A DNA stretch of 45,069 bases from a virus. The notes beneath the pieces are model-generated. The model was given only the letters and a program-made list of their open reading frames with translations, did no database searches and was not told the origin of the DNA. The translations under genes were made by a program, and so were the position numbers. The stretch is taken from IMG/VR virus record IMGVR_UViG_3300029607_000014. One strand, written 5' to 3'. Below are positions 7,580 through 15,992 of the stretch, one piece after another (the first letter of the stretch is position 1; every line of letters begins with the position of its first letter).

Positions 7580-9130
7580 ATGGCAAACGAGGAAAATTTA
7601 AAACCATTTACAAGCAATCAAAGCCGTGAGGAAGCCGTGAGAAACGGACAAAAAGGCGGTATTGCATCTGGATATTCTAGGCGACAAAAAAAAGCCCTTT
7701 CTGATTATGTAAAAATTATAGCCGAAAGTCCTGCATCAAGTACTGCAAAAAAGAAACTTGCAAAAATGGGGATTGCTGACGAAGACGCAAATAACATGGC
7801 AGTCGTAGCAACTTCTCTGTATAAAAAAGCGGCAGATGGAAATATACAGGCTATCGAAAAATGGGAGCAGCTAACAGCAGCTTCAAAAGACGATGATGAA
7901 AAATATGAACTTCCTGCCAGAGTACTTGGCAAGGCATTCGTGGATATTAACCGACAGATTAAGCCTAATATTGAATATGTATTTGAGGGCGGTCGAGGTG
8001 GTCTGAAATCTTCATTTGTGGCCTTTAAGATTGTTGAACTTATCAAGAATAATCCTCAGATGCACGCCTGCATTACAAGACAGGTGGCCGGTACTCTGAA
8101 AGATTCTGTATACGCTAACATGAAATGGGCTATCAACGAACTTGGATTGACGGAAGAATTTGAATGCAAGGTGTCACCACTTGAAATCAAGTATATTAAG
8201 ACTGGACAGACAATATACTTCCGCGGTCTGGACGATGAAACCAAACTGAAATCTATTAAGCCAGAGTTTGGATACATTGGAATCCTCTGGAAAGAGGAAA
8301 AAGATCAAATGAAGGGAGACGCTCAGGAGCGTTCTGTTAATCAGTCAGTGCTTCGTGGTGGCGATGAATCCTATGATTTTTCATCATATAACCCACCAAA
8401 ATCAAAATCAAACTGGGTAAACAGGATCAAGCTCACGCCTAACCCGAAAAGAGTTATCCATCATTCGAGTTATCTGGAAGCTCCGGCGGAGTGGCTCGGA
8501 CAGAAGTTTATTGACGATGCAGCGCATCTGAAAGAAATCAATCCAGAAGCCTATGAGCATGAATACCTGGGTGTTCCAAATGGTGACGGTGGAAACGTAT
8601 TTGAATATCTGGAAATCAGAGATATTACAGATGAAGAGATCAGTCACATGGACAAAATATTTCAGGGGTGTGACTGGGGATTTTTTCCTGATCCGTATGC
8701 TTTTATTCGTTTGTATTACAATCATAACACTGAAAAGATATATCTCATTGATGAAATTTGCGAAAATAAATGGAGCAATAGGAAATCAGCAGACGAGATT
8801 CTAAAAAGAAAATATGATGATTATACTATTACTTGCGATTCTGCTGAACCTAAATCAATCAATGATTATAGAGATTTTGGACTCCCGGCAAGGGGCGCAA
8901 TAAAAGGGCCTGGGAGTGTGGAATATTCTATGAAATGGCTTCAAACAAGAACTATTGTTATTGACCCTAAGAGAACGCCTAATGCTTATAAAGAGTTTTC
9001 GGAATACGAATACGAAAGAGATAAAGACGGAAACGTTATAAGCGGATATCCTGATGAGAATAACCATTTAATCGATGCCTGTAGATATGCAACAGAGTCG
9101 CTATGGAGGAGAAGAGGAAACAATGCATAA
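7580..9130 (+). CDS. terL: terminase large subunit (PBSX/XtmB-like) with ~115-aa basic N-terminal extension
   Basis: Walker-A-like FEGGRGGLKSS, nuclease-half motifs (CDWGFFPDP, DSAEP, HLIDACRYA); TTG at 7565 is an alternative start. Confidence 0.9.
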   Translation: MANEENLKPFTSNQSREEAVRNGQKGGIASGYSRRQKKALSDYVKIIAESPASSTAKKKLAKMGIADEDANNMAVVATSLYKKAADGNIQAIEKWEQLTAASKDDDEKYELPARVLGKAFVDINRQIKPNIEYVFEGGRGGLKSSFVAFKIVELIKNNPQMHACITRQVAGTLKDSVYANMKWAINELGLTEEFECKVSPLEIKYIKTGQTIYFRGLDDETKLKSIKPEFGYIGILWKEEKDQMKGDAQERSVNQSVLRGGDESYDFSSYNPPKSKSNWVNRIKLTPNPKRVIHHSSYLEAPAEWLGQKFIDDAAHLKEINPEAYEHEYLGVPNGDGGNVFEYLEIRDITDEEISHMDKIFQGCDWGFFPDPYAFIRLYYNHNTEKIYLIDEICENKWSNRKSADEILKRKYDDYTITCDSAEPKSINDYRDFGLPARGAIKGPGSVEYSMKWLQTRTIVIDPKRTPNAYKEFSEYEYERDKDGNVISGYPDENNHLIDACRYATESLWRRRGNNA

Positions 9131-9459
9131 TGAGTAAAATAGGAATAGAACTACCGAAAGAGTATTCGGATAGATTTGACAAATTGCGTCAGAATCGAGT
9201 AGAAGTCAGCTTTTACAAATATGGCACAGCAGCAGACAACTTTGGAATGAAATTAGTAGATGCACTTGAATCACACGATATGTGCATTAAAAAATATAAA
9301 GAAACTGGAAACACAGAATATCTTTGCGATGCAGCAAATTATCTCATGTTTGAATTTATGTATCCACAGATTCCGAATGCATTTTTCAAAGCAACAGATA
9401 GCGGAGAGAGTGCCGGAGTTGCCGGGACGCCAATAAATCAGCTAAAAGAAAAATGGTGA
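9130..9459 (+). CDS. hypothetical protein (109 aa) between terminase and portal
   Basis: TAATG coupling with terL stop. Confidence 0.55.
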   Translation: MSKIGIELPKEYSDRFDKLRQNRVEVSFYKYGTAADNFGMKLVDALESHDMCIKKYKETGNTEYLCDAANYLMFEFMYPQIPNAFFKATDSGESAGVAGTPINQLKEKW

Positions 9460-9463
9460 CTAA

Positions 9464-10909
9464 ATGGGACTTATAACAACACTAAAAAGGTGGTTTAACA
9501 TGATATTCAAAAAACAAGCCGAAGAGGATTTTAATATCCAGGCGGCAGAATTCCCAGAAATGGAATCACTGATTAACCGGTGCGCGAACATTTACAGGGG
9601 AGTGCCGGAATGGCTGGATGAAAAGAATAATATCAAGACGATTAATTTTGCGAAATCCGTCTGCTCAGAGACAGCTCGGCTTGCAACATTGGCGATCGGC
9701 ATTCAGATAGATGGCTCTGCAAGGGCAGCATGGTTGCAGGAGCAGATTGACAAGGTATATTTTCAAATCCGGCACTGGGTAGAATATGGCTGTGCTTACG
9801 GAACAGTGTTCATTAAGCCAAACGGTGAGAGCCTTGACATATTCACTCCGGCAGATGTGATGATTGTGGATTACGACAATCAGGAGATCAAAGGGATTAT
9901 ATTCAAGGATTCTTATACTGTTGGACGAAAATACTACACAAGGCTCGAATATCATAGATTTGTTGAGACTACAATAGATGGTGTGACAACTTATCCGTAT
10001 TATGTTTCTAACAGAGCCTATGTATCAAAATCTCCTCAAAGCATCGGAGACAAGATTGACCTTAAACAGACAAAGTGGGCTGACCTAATGGCAGACACTC
10101 CGCCGATTATTAAGGCGAACGGTGAGAAGCTGGACGGGCCTCTGTACGGAGTACTGCGGACACCGCAGGCAAATAACGTGGATATTAGTACGCCACTGGG
10201 ACTTCCGATATTTGCCGAAGCCATTGAGGAGTTAAAAGACCTCGACATTGCATATAGCAGGAACGCAAAAGAAATTCTTGATTCTAAGCGAACTGTTCTG
10301 GCAGATGACAGATTGTTGATGCCGAGTGGCTCACCTGTCTCCGCTATGACACCACAGGCAATGGAACATAGATGCTTAGAAATGAGCTTACCAGATTATG
10401 TAAAGAATGTATTCGGACAGGACGAAAAAGAGTTTTATCAAGAAATCAATCCGGTCCTCAACACAGATACCCGTATAAGCGGCATAAACGCCCTCCTTGG
10501 ACAGATTGGATATAAGGTCGGATTCTCTAATGGATATTTTGTATTTAATGAAAAAAGCGGAATACAAACAGCCACAGAGGTAGAAGCAGGACAACAGAGG
10601 TCTGTACAATTTATCAAGGACGTAAGAGACCAATTAGACAAAAGCATAAAACAAGTAGTATATGCGTTGAGCGTATATGCAGATTTATATGGATTGGCTC
10701 CAGTCGGTGCATATAAAGTTCAGTGCAACTTTGGCGAAATGGCATATTCTTATGAGAGAGACCGAGACAATTGGTGGAAGTATCGCTTACAGGGTGACTG
10801 TCCTCCTTGGATGTATTATGTCAAATTCGAAAATATGACAGAATCCGAAGCGAAAGCAATGGTCAAAGAAGCCCAGCCAGACGAACCAAAACTGTTTGGA
10901 GATGAATAG
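9464..10909 (+). CDS. portal protein
   Basis: 481 aa, immediately after terminase and before the MuF-like gene; acidic C-terminus. Confidence 0.75.
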   Translation: MGLITTLKRWFNMIFKKQAEEDFNIQAAEFPEMESLINRCANIYRGVPEWLDEKNNIKTINFAKSVCSETARLATLAIGIQIDGSARAAWLQEQIDKVYFQIRHWVEYGCAYGTVFIKPNGESLDIFTPADVMIVDYDNQEIKGIIFKDSYTVGRKYYTRLEYHRFVETTIDGVTTYPYYVSNRAYVSKSPQSIGDKIDLKQTKWADLMADTPPIIKANGEKLDGPLYGVLRTPQANNVDISTPLGLPIFAEAIEELKDLDIAYSRNAKEILDSKRTVLADDRLLMPSGSPVSAMTPQAMEHRCLEMSLPDYVKNVFGQDEKEFYQEINPVLNTDTRISGINALLGQIGYKVGFSNGYFVFNEKSGIQTATEVEAGQQRSVQFIKDVRDQLDKSIKQVVYALSVYADLYGLAPVGAYKVQCNFGEMAYSYERDRDNWWKYRLQGDCPPWMYYVKFENMTESEAKAMVKEAQPDEPKLFGDE

Positions 10910-10911
10910 TT

Positions 10912-12198
10912 ATGTTAAGCCCAGAATATTTACGGCAAATTACAGAGGGCAGTGAACAGATAGCAGAAGAACTGCATCAGTACATCATCTCTGAGATTGT
11001 ATCTCGAATGATGACAAGAATTGGCAGAGGTGAGGACTATATTCTGACCAATGCCGATGCGTGGAGAATCAGAACACTACAGGAATCTGGTGAGCTGCTA
11101 GAGGACATTCTGGCAGAATTATCCAGATACACCAAACGTGAACAGCAGGAACTCCTTGAGGCGTTTGAGGATGCTGGAATTACTGCGATGAACTACGATG
11201 ACAAGGTATACAAGGAGGCAGGACTTAGCCCTGCACCACTCGAACAGTCACCAGCTATGATAAGACTCATGGAGCGGAATATGCTTGCGACTATGGGCGA
11301 GTGGAAGAACTTTACACGAACAACTGCAAGTGCCGCTCAGAGGCTCTATATTGAGCAATGCGACCTTGCCTATAATCATGTAATGACTGGGGCAGTTGGA
11401 TATACGCAAGCCATCAAAGAGGCAGTTAATAACGTTGTGAGTAATGGCGTTACTGTCATATATCCATCTGGCAGAAAAGACACGATCGAAACAGCAGTAG
11501 CACGTTCTGTCAGAACCGGAGTCGCACAGGCGTGTGCTGATATTCAGTTAGCAAGAATGAAAGAAATGGGATACGGTTTAGTATTGACATCGGCGCACAT
11601 AGGAAGTCGCCCAAGTCATGAAGTATGGCAAGGGCAGGTATTTTCCATAGACTGGAAAAAATTAAAAGAAATCAAGCCGGAGTTCTTTCAGGAACGAGAT
11701 ACACCAGAATATCGTAGAATGCTGGAGCGAAAAGCAAGCCACTATCCAGATTTTATTGAAAACTGTCATTATGGCGAAGCTGATGGAATATGTGGAGTAA
11801 ATTGCAGACATCATTTTTCAGTTTGGGCGGAAGGAATGCCGAATCCCTACGCAGAACTATCGGCACAGGATAAAGCCAACAAAGGCGAACAATACGAAAA
11901 AGAGCAAAAACAACGTACTTACGAACGCAGAATCCGCAAAACAAAAAGAGAGGTTCTTGGACTGCAAGCAGGAGTTGACAATGCACCGAACGAAAAGGCG
12001 AAATTCGCATTACAACAAGACCTCGACCGGAAGTCTTATCTTTTGCAGAAACAAAATGCTGCATACAAGGCTTACTGCAAGCAGAACGACCTGAGGGAAC
12101 TGCAAGACCGGCTCATGATAGCGAAGTGGAACCGCCAGAATGCCGCAAAAGCCAGAGGAGCGGCGAAGAGATATAAAACAGCAAAGGGGATTGACTGA
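10912..12198 (+). CDS. head-morphogenesis / minor capsid protein (Mu F / SPP1 gp7-like)
   Basis: Position after portal; GVNCRHHF motif typical of the MuF-like C-terminal core; basic coiled-coil tail. Confidence 0.75.
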   Translation: MLSPEYLRQITEGSEQIAEELHQYIISEIVSRMMTRIGRGEDYILTNADAWRIRTLQESGELLEDILAELSRYTKREQQELLEAFEDAGITAMNYDDKVYKEAGLSPAPLEQSPAMIRLMERNMLATMGEWKNFTRTTASAAQRLYIEQCDLAYNHVMTGAVGYTQAIKEAVNNVVSNGVTVIYPSGRKDTIETAVARSVRTGVAQACADIQLARMKEMGYGLVLTSAHIGSRPSHEVWQGQVFSIDWKKLKEIKPEFFQERDTPEYRRMLERKASHYPDFIENCHYGEADGICGVNCRHHFSVWAEGMPNPYAELSAQDKANKGEQYEKEQKQRTYERRIRKTKREVLGLQAGVDNAPNEKAKFALQQDLDRKSYLLQKQNAAYKAYCKQNDLRELQDRLMIAKWNRQNAAKARGAAKRYKTAKGID

Positions 12199-12578
12199 TG
12201 GATAGATGGGAATATTACAATCCGAATCCTGCCGGTAATCGAGTCGGAGATTGCGTTGTCCGAGCAATATGCAAAGCAACTGGTCTTGACTGGGAAACGG
12301 TATTTGCCGGATTAATGATACAGGCGTGCGCTCTGTCAGATATGCCAAGCGCAAATTATGTCTGGGGAGCGTACCTCTATAAACGTGGGTACAGACGCAA
12401 ACTGATTGAACAATCAGAACGATATATCTATACAGTCAATGATTTTTGCACAGACCATCCGACAGGCACGTACATTCTCTGCATAGATGGTCATGTGGTG
12501 ACAGTACGGGATGGAAAATATTACGATACATGGGATTCCGGAAATGAAGTCCCGGTATATTACTGGGAAAAGGAGTAG
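12198..12578 (+). CDS. hypothetical protein with Cys/His/Asp triad-like arrangement (possible papain-fold enzyme)
   Basis: NRVGDCVVRAI ... CIDGHVVTV..GKYYDTWDSG; TGATG coupling to MuF gene. Confidence 0.5.
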   Translation: MDRWEYYNPNPAGNRVGDCVVRAICKATGLDWETVFAGLMIQACALSDMPSANYVWGAYLYKRGYRRKLIEQSERYIYTVNDFCTDHPTGTYILCIDGHVVTVRDGKYYDTWDSGNEVPVYYWEKE

Positions 12579-12582
12579 CTAA

Positions 12583-12888
12583 ATGAGCATATCAGAATTT
12601 GTACAGATTTTCCTTTCTATCTGCGGAGGGGTGTCTATTGTCGGAGGGGCGGCAGCCGTAATCTTTAAATGGATTACCCCGGCATTCCGACTTAATAAGC
12701 GAGTAGAGACGCTGGAAGAACATGATAGACGAGATTATGAAAGTCTTCGGAGAATCGCAGAACGAGATTCATTAATTCTGGAAGTGTTGTCGACCATGCT
12801 GGATAGTCAGATTAGTGGGAATAATGTAGAAGAATTAAAAAAAACAAAACAGAAGCTTACAAATTATCTTGCGCAGAATCAACGTTAG
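12583..12888 (+). CDS. N-terminally membrane-anchored coiled-coil protein (101 aa)
   Basis: FVQIFLSICGGVSIVGGAAAVIF TM segment; AAAGGAG RBS. Confidence 0.55.
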   Translation: MSISEFVQIFLSICGGVSIVGGAAAVIFKWITPAFRLNKRVETLEEHDRRDYESLRRIAERDSLILEVLSTMLDSQISGNNVEELKKTKQKLTNYLAQNQR

Positions 12889-12908
12889 CATTAATAAGGG
12901 GTATGCTC

Positions 12909-13109
12909 ATGAAATTATATGTGTTCACAAAGAAAGATATAGACAGGTTCTTGATAGAGTGTAATTTCACACCGGACGAAGAAAGATTGTTCCGGTTGAG
13001 GTGTAAGGAATATACACTCGAATACTGCGCTGAGCAGATGAACGTGAGTATATCCACGGCGAAACGATTAAGCCGGAGGGTGAACAATAAAATAATTAAA
13101 GTGTGCTGA
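12909..13109 (+). CDS. sigma-70 region-4-like HTH protein (66 aa)
   Basis: TPDEERLFRLRCKEYTLEYCAEQMNVSISTAKRLSRRVNNKI resembles sigma r4/LuxR-type HTH. Confidence 0.55.
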   Translation: MKLYVFTKKDIDRFLIECNFTPDEERLFRLRCKEYTLEYCAEQMNVSISTAKRLSRRVNNKIIKVC

Positions 13110-13130
13110 TACTTTTTGGATACTAATTAG

Positions 13131-13163
13131 AGCCAGAAACGACCTGTTTCCGGTTCTTTTTTT
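13131..13163 (+). terminator. rho-independent terminator
   Basis: ccagaaac-gacct-gtttccgg stem (one mismatch) followed by a T-rich tract (ttcttttttt). Confidence 0.65.
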
Positions 13164-13197
13164 ATGTAAAAATATAATCAGAAAGGCGGTGTATAAG

Positions 13198-13668
13198 ATG
13201 GCATTATATAACAATCCTTATCAATATAGTTTTGGCGTTCCTGGGCAGATGAACCAGTTTCAGCAACAGCCTGTCCAGATGCCGGCTCAATCAGTACAGC
13301 AACCACAGCAAAATAATAGCGGTATCCTGTGGGTATCCGGCGAAGTCGGCGCAAAATCCTATCTGGTAGCACCTGGGACAAGTGTTTTGCTAATGGATTC
13401 AGAATCAGAGAAATTTTATATAAAATCCACAGATGTATCCGGTATGCCACAGCCACTGCGGACATTTGAATACCACGAGGTGGGCTCTCAGATGCCGCCT
13501 AAACAGCCTGTTCAGAACATGGACAGTAAATATGTTACTCGACAGGAATACGATGATTTGAAAGGCAAATACGAAGCTATTATAAACCGATTAAATTCAT
13601 TTTCTGAACCTGTTAGGGCTAATACCGTACAGGAATCAGCAGTCAAGGGAGGAAACGCAGATGAGTAA
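13198..13668 (+). CDS. Gln/Pro-rich hypothetical protein (156 aa)
   Basis: GAAAGG RBS; QFQQQPVQMPAQSVQQPQQ low-complexity N-terminus, then GILWVSGEVGAKSYLVAPGTSVLLMD core. Confidence 0.6.
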   Translation: MALYNNPYQYSFGVPGQMNQFQQQPVQMPAQSVQQPQQNNSGILWVSGEVGAKSYLVAPGTSVLLMDSESEKFYIKSTDVSGMPQPLRTFEYHEVGSQMPPKQPVQNMDSKYVTRQEYDDLKGKYEAIINRLNSFSEPVRANTVQESAVKGGNADE

Positions 13669-13882
13669 TCCATTATTTAACGCCCTCGGTGGCGGGATGC
13701 CGCAGGGAAATGGACCAATGCAGATGATACAGCAGTTCATGCAGTTCAAACAGAATTTTAAGGGAGATCCGAAAGCAGAAGTTGAGAAAATGTTACAGTC
13801 TGGGAAGATTTCTCAGCAGCAACTTAATCAGGTCCAACAGATGGCAGGGCAGTTTCAACACATGTTGAAAGGAATGAAATAG
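13661..13882 (+). CDS. Gln/Met-rich small hypothetical protein (73 aa)
   Basis: GGGAGGA RBS; overlaps upstream stop. Confidence 0.55.
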   Translation: MSNPLFNALGGGMPQGNGPMQMIQQFMQFKQNFKGDPKAEVEKMLQSGKISQQQLNQVQQMAGQFQHMLKGMK

Positions 13883-13933
13883 TACATTACAATCTGGCCA
13901 GATTGATGTAAATACAATAAAGGAGATTATATT

Positions 13934-14713
13934 ATGGATGGAAATTATAGCTTAGCAGATATTGCCGCTGCTACTGGAAATGGTAGAAATAATGACGGCA
14001 TGTTTGGTGGAGATGGTAGCTGGTGGATTATTGTTTTATTCATTTTTGCTTTCTTCGGATGGGGAAACAACGGCTGGGGAAATAATGGAAACGGCGGCGG
14101 ATATGCAGCCACGGCAGCTACTCAGGCGGATATTCAGAGAGGATTCGACAATTCTGCAGTGATCAGCAAGCTTGACGGAATCAATAGCGGCCTGTGCGAT
14201 GGCTTCTATGCCATGAATAATGGTATGCTTACCGGATTCAACGGAATCAACACAAACATCATGCAGACTGGTTTCGGCATTCAGCAGGCTATTAACGCTG
14301 ACACTGTAGCAAATATGCAGAATACCAATGCACTCCAGGCACAGCTTGCGAACTGTTGCTGCGAAACCAGAGAAGCAATTCAGGGCGTAAACTACAATAT
14401 GGCGCAGAACACCTGTGCATTACAGAACACCATGAACAGCAACACAAGAGATATCATTGACAGCCAGAACGCTGGGACAAGAGCCATTCTCGACTATCTT
14501 TGCAATGAAAAGATTTCTAACCTGCAGGCTGAAAATAACGACCTCAGACGTGCTGCTTCTCAGGACCGTCAGAGCGCACTTCTCACAACTGCAATGGCTT
14601 CACAGACACAGCAGCTCATTAATGCGATTAATCCGGCACCGATTCCGGCATATCAGGTTCCTAATCCGAACACATTTTACGGATGCGGATGCAACACTGG
14701 ATGTAATTGCTGA
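13934..14713 (+). CDS. single-pass membrane protein with GWGNNG repeats, N/Q-rich body and Cys-rich C-terminus
   Basis: AAAGGAG RBS; WWIIVLFIFAFFGWGNNGWGNNGNGGG; ANCCCE; ...YGCGCNTGCNC end. Confidence 0.65.
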   Translation: MDGNYSLADIAAATGNGRNNDGMFGGDGSWWIIVLFIFAFFGWGNNGWGNNGNGGGYAATAATQADIQRGFDNSAVISKLDGINSGLCDGFYAMNNGMLTGFNGINTNIMQTGFGIQQAINADTVANMQNTNALQAQLANCCCETREAIQGVNYNMAQNTCALQNTMNSNTRDIIDSQNAGTRAILDYLCNEKISNLQAENNDLRRAASQDRQSALLTTAMASQTQQLINAINPAPIPAYQVPNPNTFYGCGCNTGCNC

Positions 14714-14776
14714 TAACTTCATATCGAGAGTATCTTTCGATTGATTCGGATGTCGGCTTATGCCGTATTACACAGA

Positions 14777-14801
14777 GGGCAGGCTGAGACCTGTCCTTTT
14801 G
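14777..14801 (+). terminator. rho-independent terminator
   Basis: gggcagg-ctgaga-cctgtcc (one G-U) followed by tttt. Confidence 0.6.
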
Positions 14802-14822
14802 TGATATGAAAGGAGTATTTTT

Positions 14823-15245
14823 ATGGCAGAATTTACAAATGTAGCTGCTCAGACTGTAGCAGCAAATGGAAACGTAGTATTTTCAAGCACAGCAGTTAAA
14901 GGTTCTAACTGTATTCAGCACAGAGAGGGAAGTGGAATTATTACGCTGAGAGGACTGACTAATCAGTGCAAAGCGAGATTCTTCGTGGATTTTTCTGGCA
15001 ATATCGCAATTCCAACAGGCGGTACTGTCGGAGCTATTTCTCTGGCTATTGCAATCTCTGGTGAGCCGGTTCTTTCTTCACAGATGATTTCCACACCGGC
15101 AGCAGTAGACCAGTATAATAATGTGTCCTCTGGCATTTATATTGATGTACCTCGTGGATGTTGCGTTAACATCGCAGTAGAGAATACAAGCAATCAGGCT
15201 GTTTCTGTTGCAAATGCAAACATTGTTGTGACCAGAGAAGCGTAG
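14823..15245 (+). CDS. 140-aa beta-rich hypothetical protein (possible C1q/BclA-C-terminal-like jelly roll)
   Basis: GAAAGGAG RBS; alternating hydrophobic beta pattern ...FFVDFSGNIAIPTGGTVGAISLAIAISGEPV...CCVNIAVENTS...ANIVVTREA. Confidence 0.6.
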   Translation: MAEFTNVAAQTVAANGNVVFSSTAVKGSNCIQHREGSGIITLRGLTNQCKARFFVDFSGNIAIPTGGTVGAISLAIAISGEPVLSSQMISTPAAVDQYNNVSSGIYIDVPRGCCVNIAVENTSNQAVSVANANIVVTREA

Positions 15246-15256
15246 GAGGTGTGATT

Positions 15257-15811
15257 ATGAGAGATATTAAAGACTTATGCGCAAGAATCGAAGATGAACT
15301 TTCCAAAATCGCTGATAATGGACTGACCACCGGAAATCTGGAAATGACATACAAACTGATTGATATGTACAAAGATATCAAGAACACTCAGTACTGGGAT
15401 AAGAAAGTAGAGTACTACAACACTGTCCTTGATGAAATGCGTGGCGGATACAATGACGATTACAGCGAGCGGGGAAGAAAGCGGGACAGCATGGGGAGAT
15501 ACAGCGCAAATGATGGCAGAATGATGCCGGATTACGACAGGGGCAATTCTTATGCCAGACGTGGTGAACATTATGTCAGAGGGCATTACAGTCGCTCTGA
15601 TGGGCGAGATGCTTACGATGACTACATGACGCAGAAGCAAAGCTATCGTTCCGGCAAGTCTGAAGACTGCAAGAGGAAGATGCTTGCCGCTCTGGAAGAA
15701 CATCTGGACGAACTTACAACAGAAATGAGCGATATGTCCAAGGACGCAGAGTGCCGGGAAGAACGTGATCTTGTCAAGAGATACGTGGAAAAACTTCGCG
15801 ATATGCTCTAA
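15257..15811 (+). CDS. hypothetical protein with helical ends and an R/D/Y/G/S-rich disordered core (184 aa)
   Basis: AGGAGG 7 nt before ATG 15257; RGRKRDSMGRYSANDGRMMPDYDRGNSYARRGEHYVRGHYSRSDGRDAYDDY. Confidence 0.6.
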   Translation: MRDIKDLCARIEDELSKIADNGLTTGNLEMTYKLIDMYKDIKNTQYWDKKVEYYNTVLDEMRGGYNDDYSERGRKRDSMGRYSANDGRMMPDYDRGNSYARRGEHYVRGHYSRSDGRDAYDDYMTQKQSYRSGKSEDCKRKMLAALEEHLDELTTEMSDMSKDAECREERDLVKRYVEKLRDML

Positions 15812-15817
15812 AAACGC

Positions 15818-15858
15818 AAAAAGTGGTAGAGAGGTAGTTAAAAGAAATCTGTTATAAT
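15818..15858 (+). promoter_or_regulatory. late promoter P-late2: AAAAGTGGTAGAGAGGTA-N16-TATAAT (TGt extended -10)
   Basis: 16/18 identity with motif at 7472..7489, same spacing to the -10. Confidence 0.6.
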
Positions 15859-15943
15859 GTAATTGTGCAGCAGGAAGCACAAGTAAAACGGTTGTTTTGA
15901 CATTTTCGTTTTAATCCTCCTTTCTTTAATTTTTGTAGCTGGT

Positions 15944-15992
15944 GCGCACGCTTTAACGGAAAGTTAAGCAGGTTCGAGTCCTGCCGTGCGTA
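15944..15992 (+). ncRNA. truncated tRNA-like module (acceptor stem + T arm + one hairpin; no D arm)
   Basis: gcgcacg/cgtgcgt 7-bp acceptor (one G-U), gcagg-TTCGAGT-cctgc T arm, ttaac-ggaaa-gttaa hairpin. Confidence 0.45.
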
